NCBI RefSeq assembly: GCF_001194135.2
Contig: NC_068988.1
Coordinates: 51,346,297-51,410,296, forward strand
DNA from: Octopus bimaculoides
Taxonomy: Eukaryota
Direction of reading: 5' to 3'
Length of the DNA stretch: 64,000 nucleotides
The translations under genes were made by a program, and so were the position numbers. Shown piece after piece: positions 62,861 through 64,000 of this stretch. The notes under the pieces are model-generated. The model was given only the letters and a program-made list of their open reading frames with translations, did no database searches and was not told the DNA's origin. Within the stretch, counting starts at the first letter, position 1. The number at the start of each line of letters is the position of its first letter.

Positions 62861-64000
62861 ACCATTAATATTACTGTTATTATCAAGGACAGTCAATTGG
62901 TAGCATCATTAGAGCGTTGGATAAAATGTTTTATGGTATTTCTTTTGACTTTTTACATTCTAAGTTCAAATTCTGTTAAGATCAACTTTATCTTTCATTT
63001 TTCTGGGCCTTATGTAGTTAGAAATTATTAATTACAGCCCTTTACAATCTGAGTTTAAATTCCACCCAGTTTGTCTTTATCTTTAATGTCTATTTACTCC
63101 CCATTCTAGTATGGACTGAAAAGATCTGCGACATATTTCCATCAATTCCATATTCTGCATCATCATCATCATCATACTTATGACTTGCTTTTTTATTACT
63201 TCTACAAATTACCTTTCCAAATTGTATTCAGTACATCTCTTTCTAAGGTACTCTGTTTCAGCTCAGAAATTTGCTTTCTCATACATTCATTCCTTTCACA
63301 AAACAGCCATATTACATGTATTGCAATGAGCAGCACCATTAATATTTAGGTGCTTTATCAATTCATTTGCATTCATTTCATTTTCTAAGTTCAAGTACAG
63401 TATTCAGAAGGTAATTTAACTCATCCCTCTCCAGTAAATGTAGTTCTTCCATTTTACTCCCCCATATTTCACTGCCATATTGTGTAGGGAGTATCTCCTC
63501 AAATGGCCATAGAATTCCTTTGTGGAACAAAGCAATAATTTTCTAAATTTCAACCCTTTTCAGTTTTTACACTGTTTTATTACTGACTCCACCCCTACCA
63601 TGTATGAGGTCAGTTTTTCAGGAAATTGATTTCATTATAAATAATGAAGCTAACATTGGCCAATCACCAGCTGTTCTTTAGAATAAAATTAATTCTTCCC
63701 TTAAGTCATTAATATTCAAATTAAAATGGGGGTCTGTGAGTGATAGCATCTAAATTGTTGTTATGCCTTTATCGATTCAAATATCTTCTGATCGTCACAG
63801 CTGACAAAGAGTATGTTTAAAGAGTTTGTTTTCGTGTAATTTAGAGAGAAAGGTAGCTGGGAAGTGGTGAGGAAGTAGGGTGAAGTTCTGTTGGGTTCAA
63901 TCATTTATGTAATCTAGTTTGGTGTTTCATCAGTCTGTGTTTGAACTCTTTCACGGTTGACTTGGCTTTTCATTCTTCTAGGGATAAATAAAATTGACAT

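Overview
AT-rich, microsatellite-dense animal genomic scaffold with eight N-gaps. It is most likely an octopus: the tRNA/CORE-type SINE families, TTAGGG repeats and repeat load fit, but this is inference. Almost all ORFs in the supplied track are microsatellite or gap artefacts. The only host gene I can support is the first large coding exon of an RNF220 (RING E3 ligase) orthologue at 34266-34968 (+). It ends in a GTAAGT donor, and the rest of the window (at least 29 kb) appears to be its intron. The remainder is a layered transposon record: several SINE families, hAT- and piggyBac-type MITEs (some with clean TSDs), and decayed CR1, RTE, L1/Tx1, mariner and hAT coding fragments. The most unusual object is a ~505-bp fold-back element at 28572-29076 flanked by an 11-bp TSD. 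Each arm is a tRNA-like Pol III head, an (AAT)n spacer and a minimal Penelope-type hammerhead ribozyme motif. A second dispersed family with a hammerhead-like motif has four copies in the RNF220 intron. Other points of interest are an inverted (CCCTAA)/(TTAGGG) hairpin, an apparent CpG-depletion switch inside the gene body, and candidate intronic enhancer motif clusters. All identifications come from manual reading and recalled family consensus; no searches were run.
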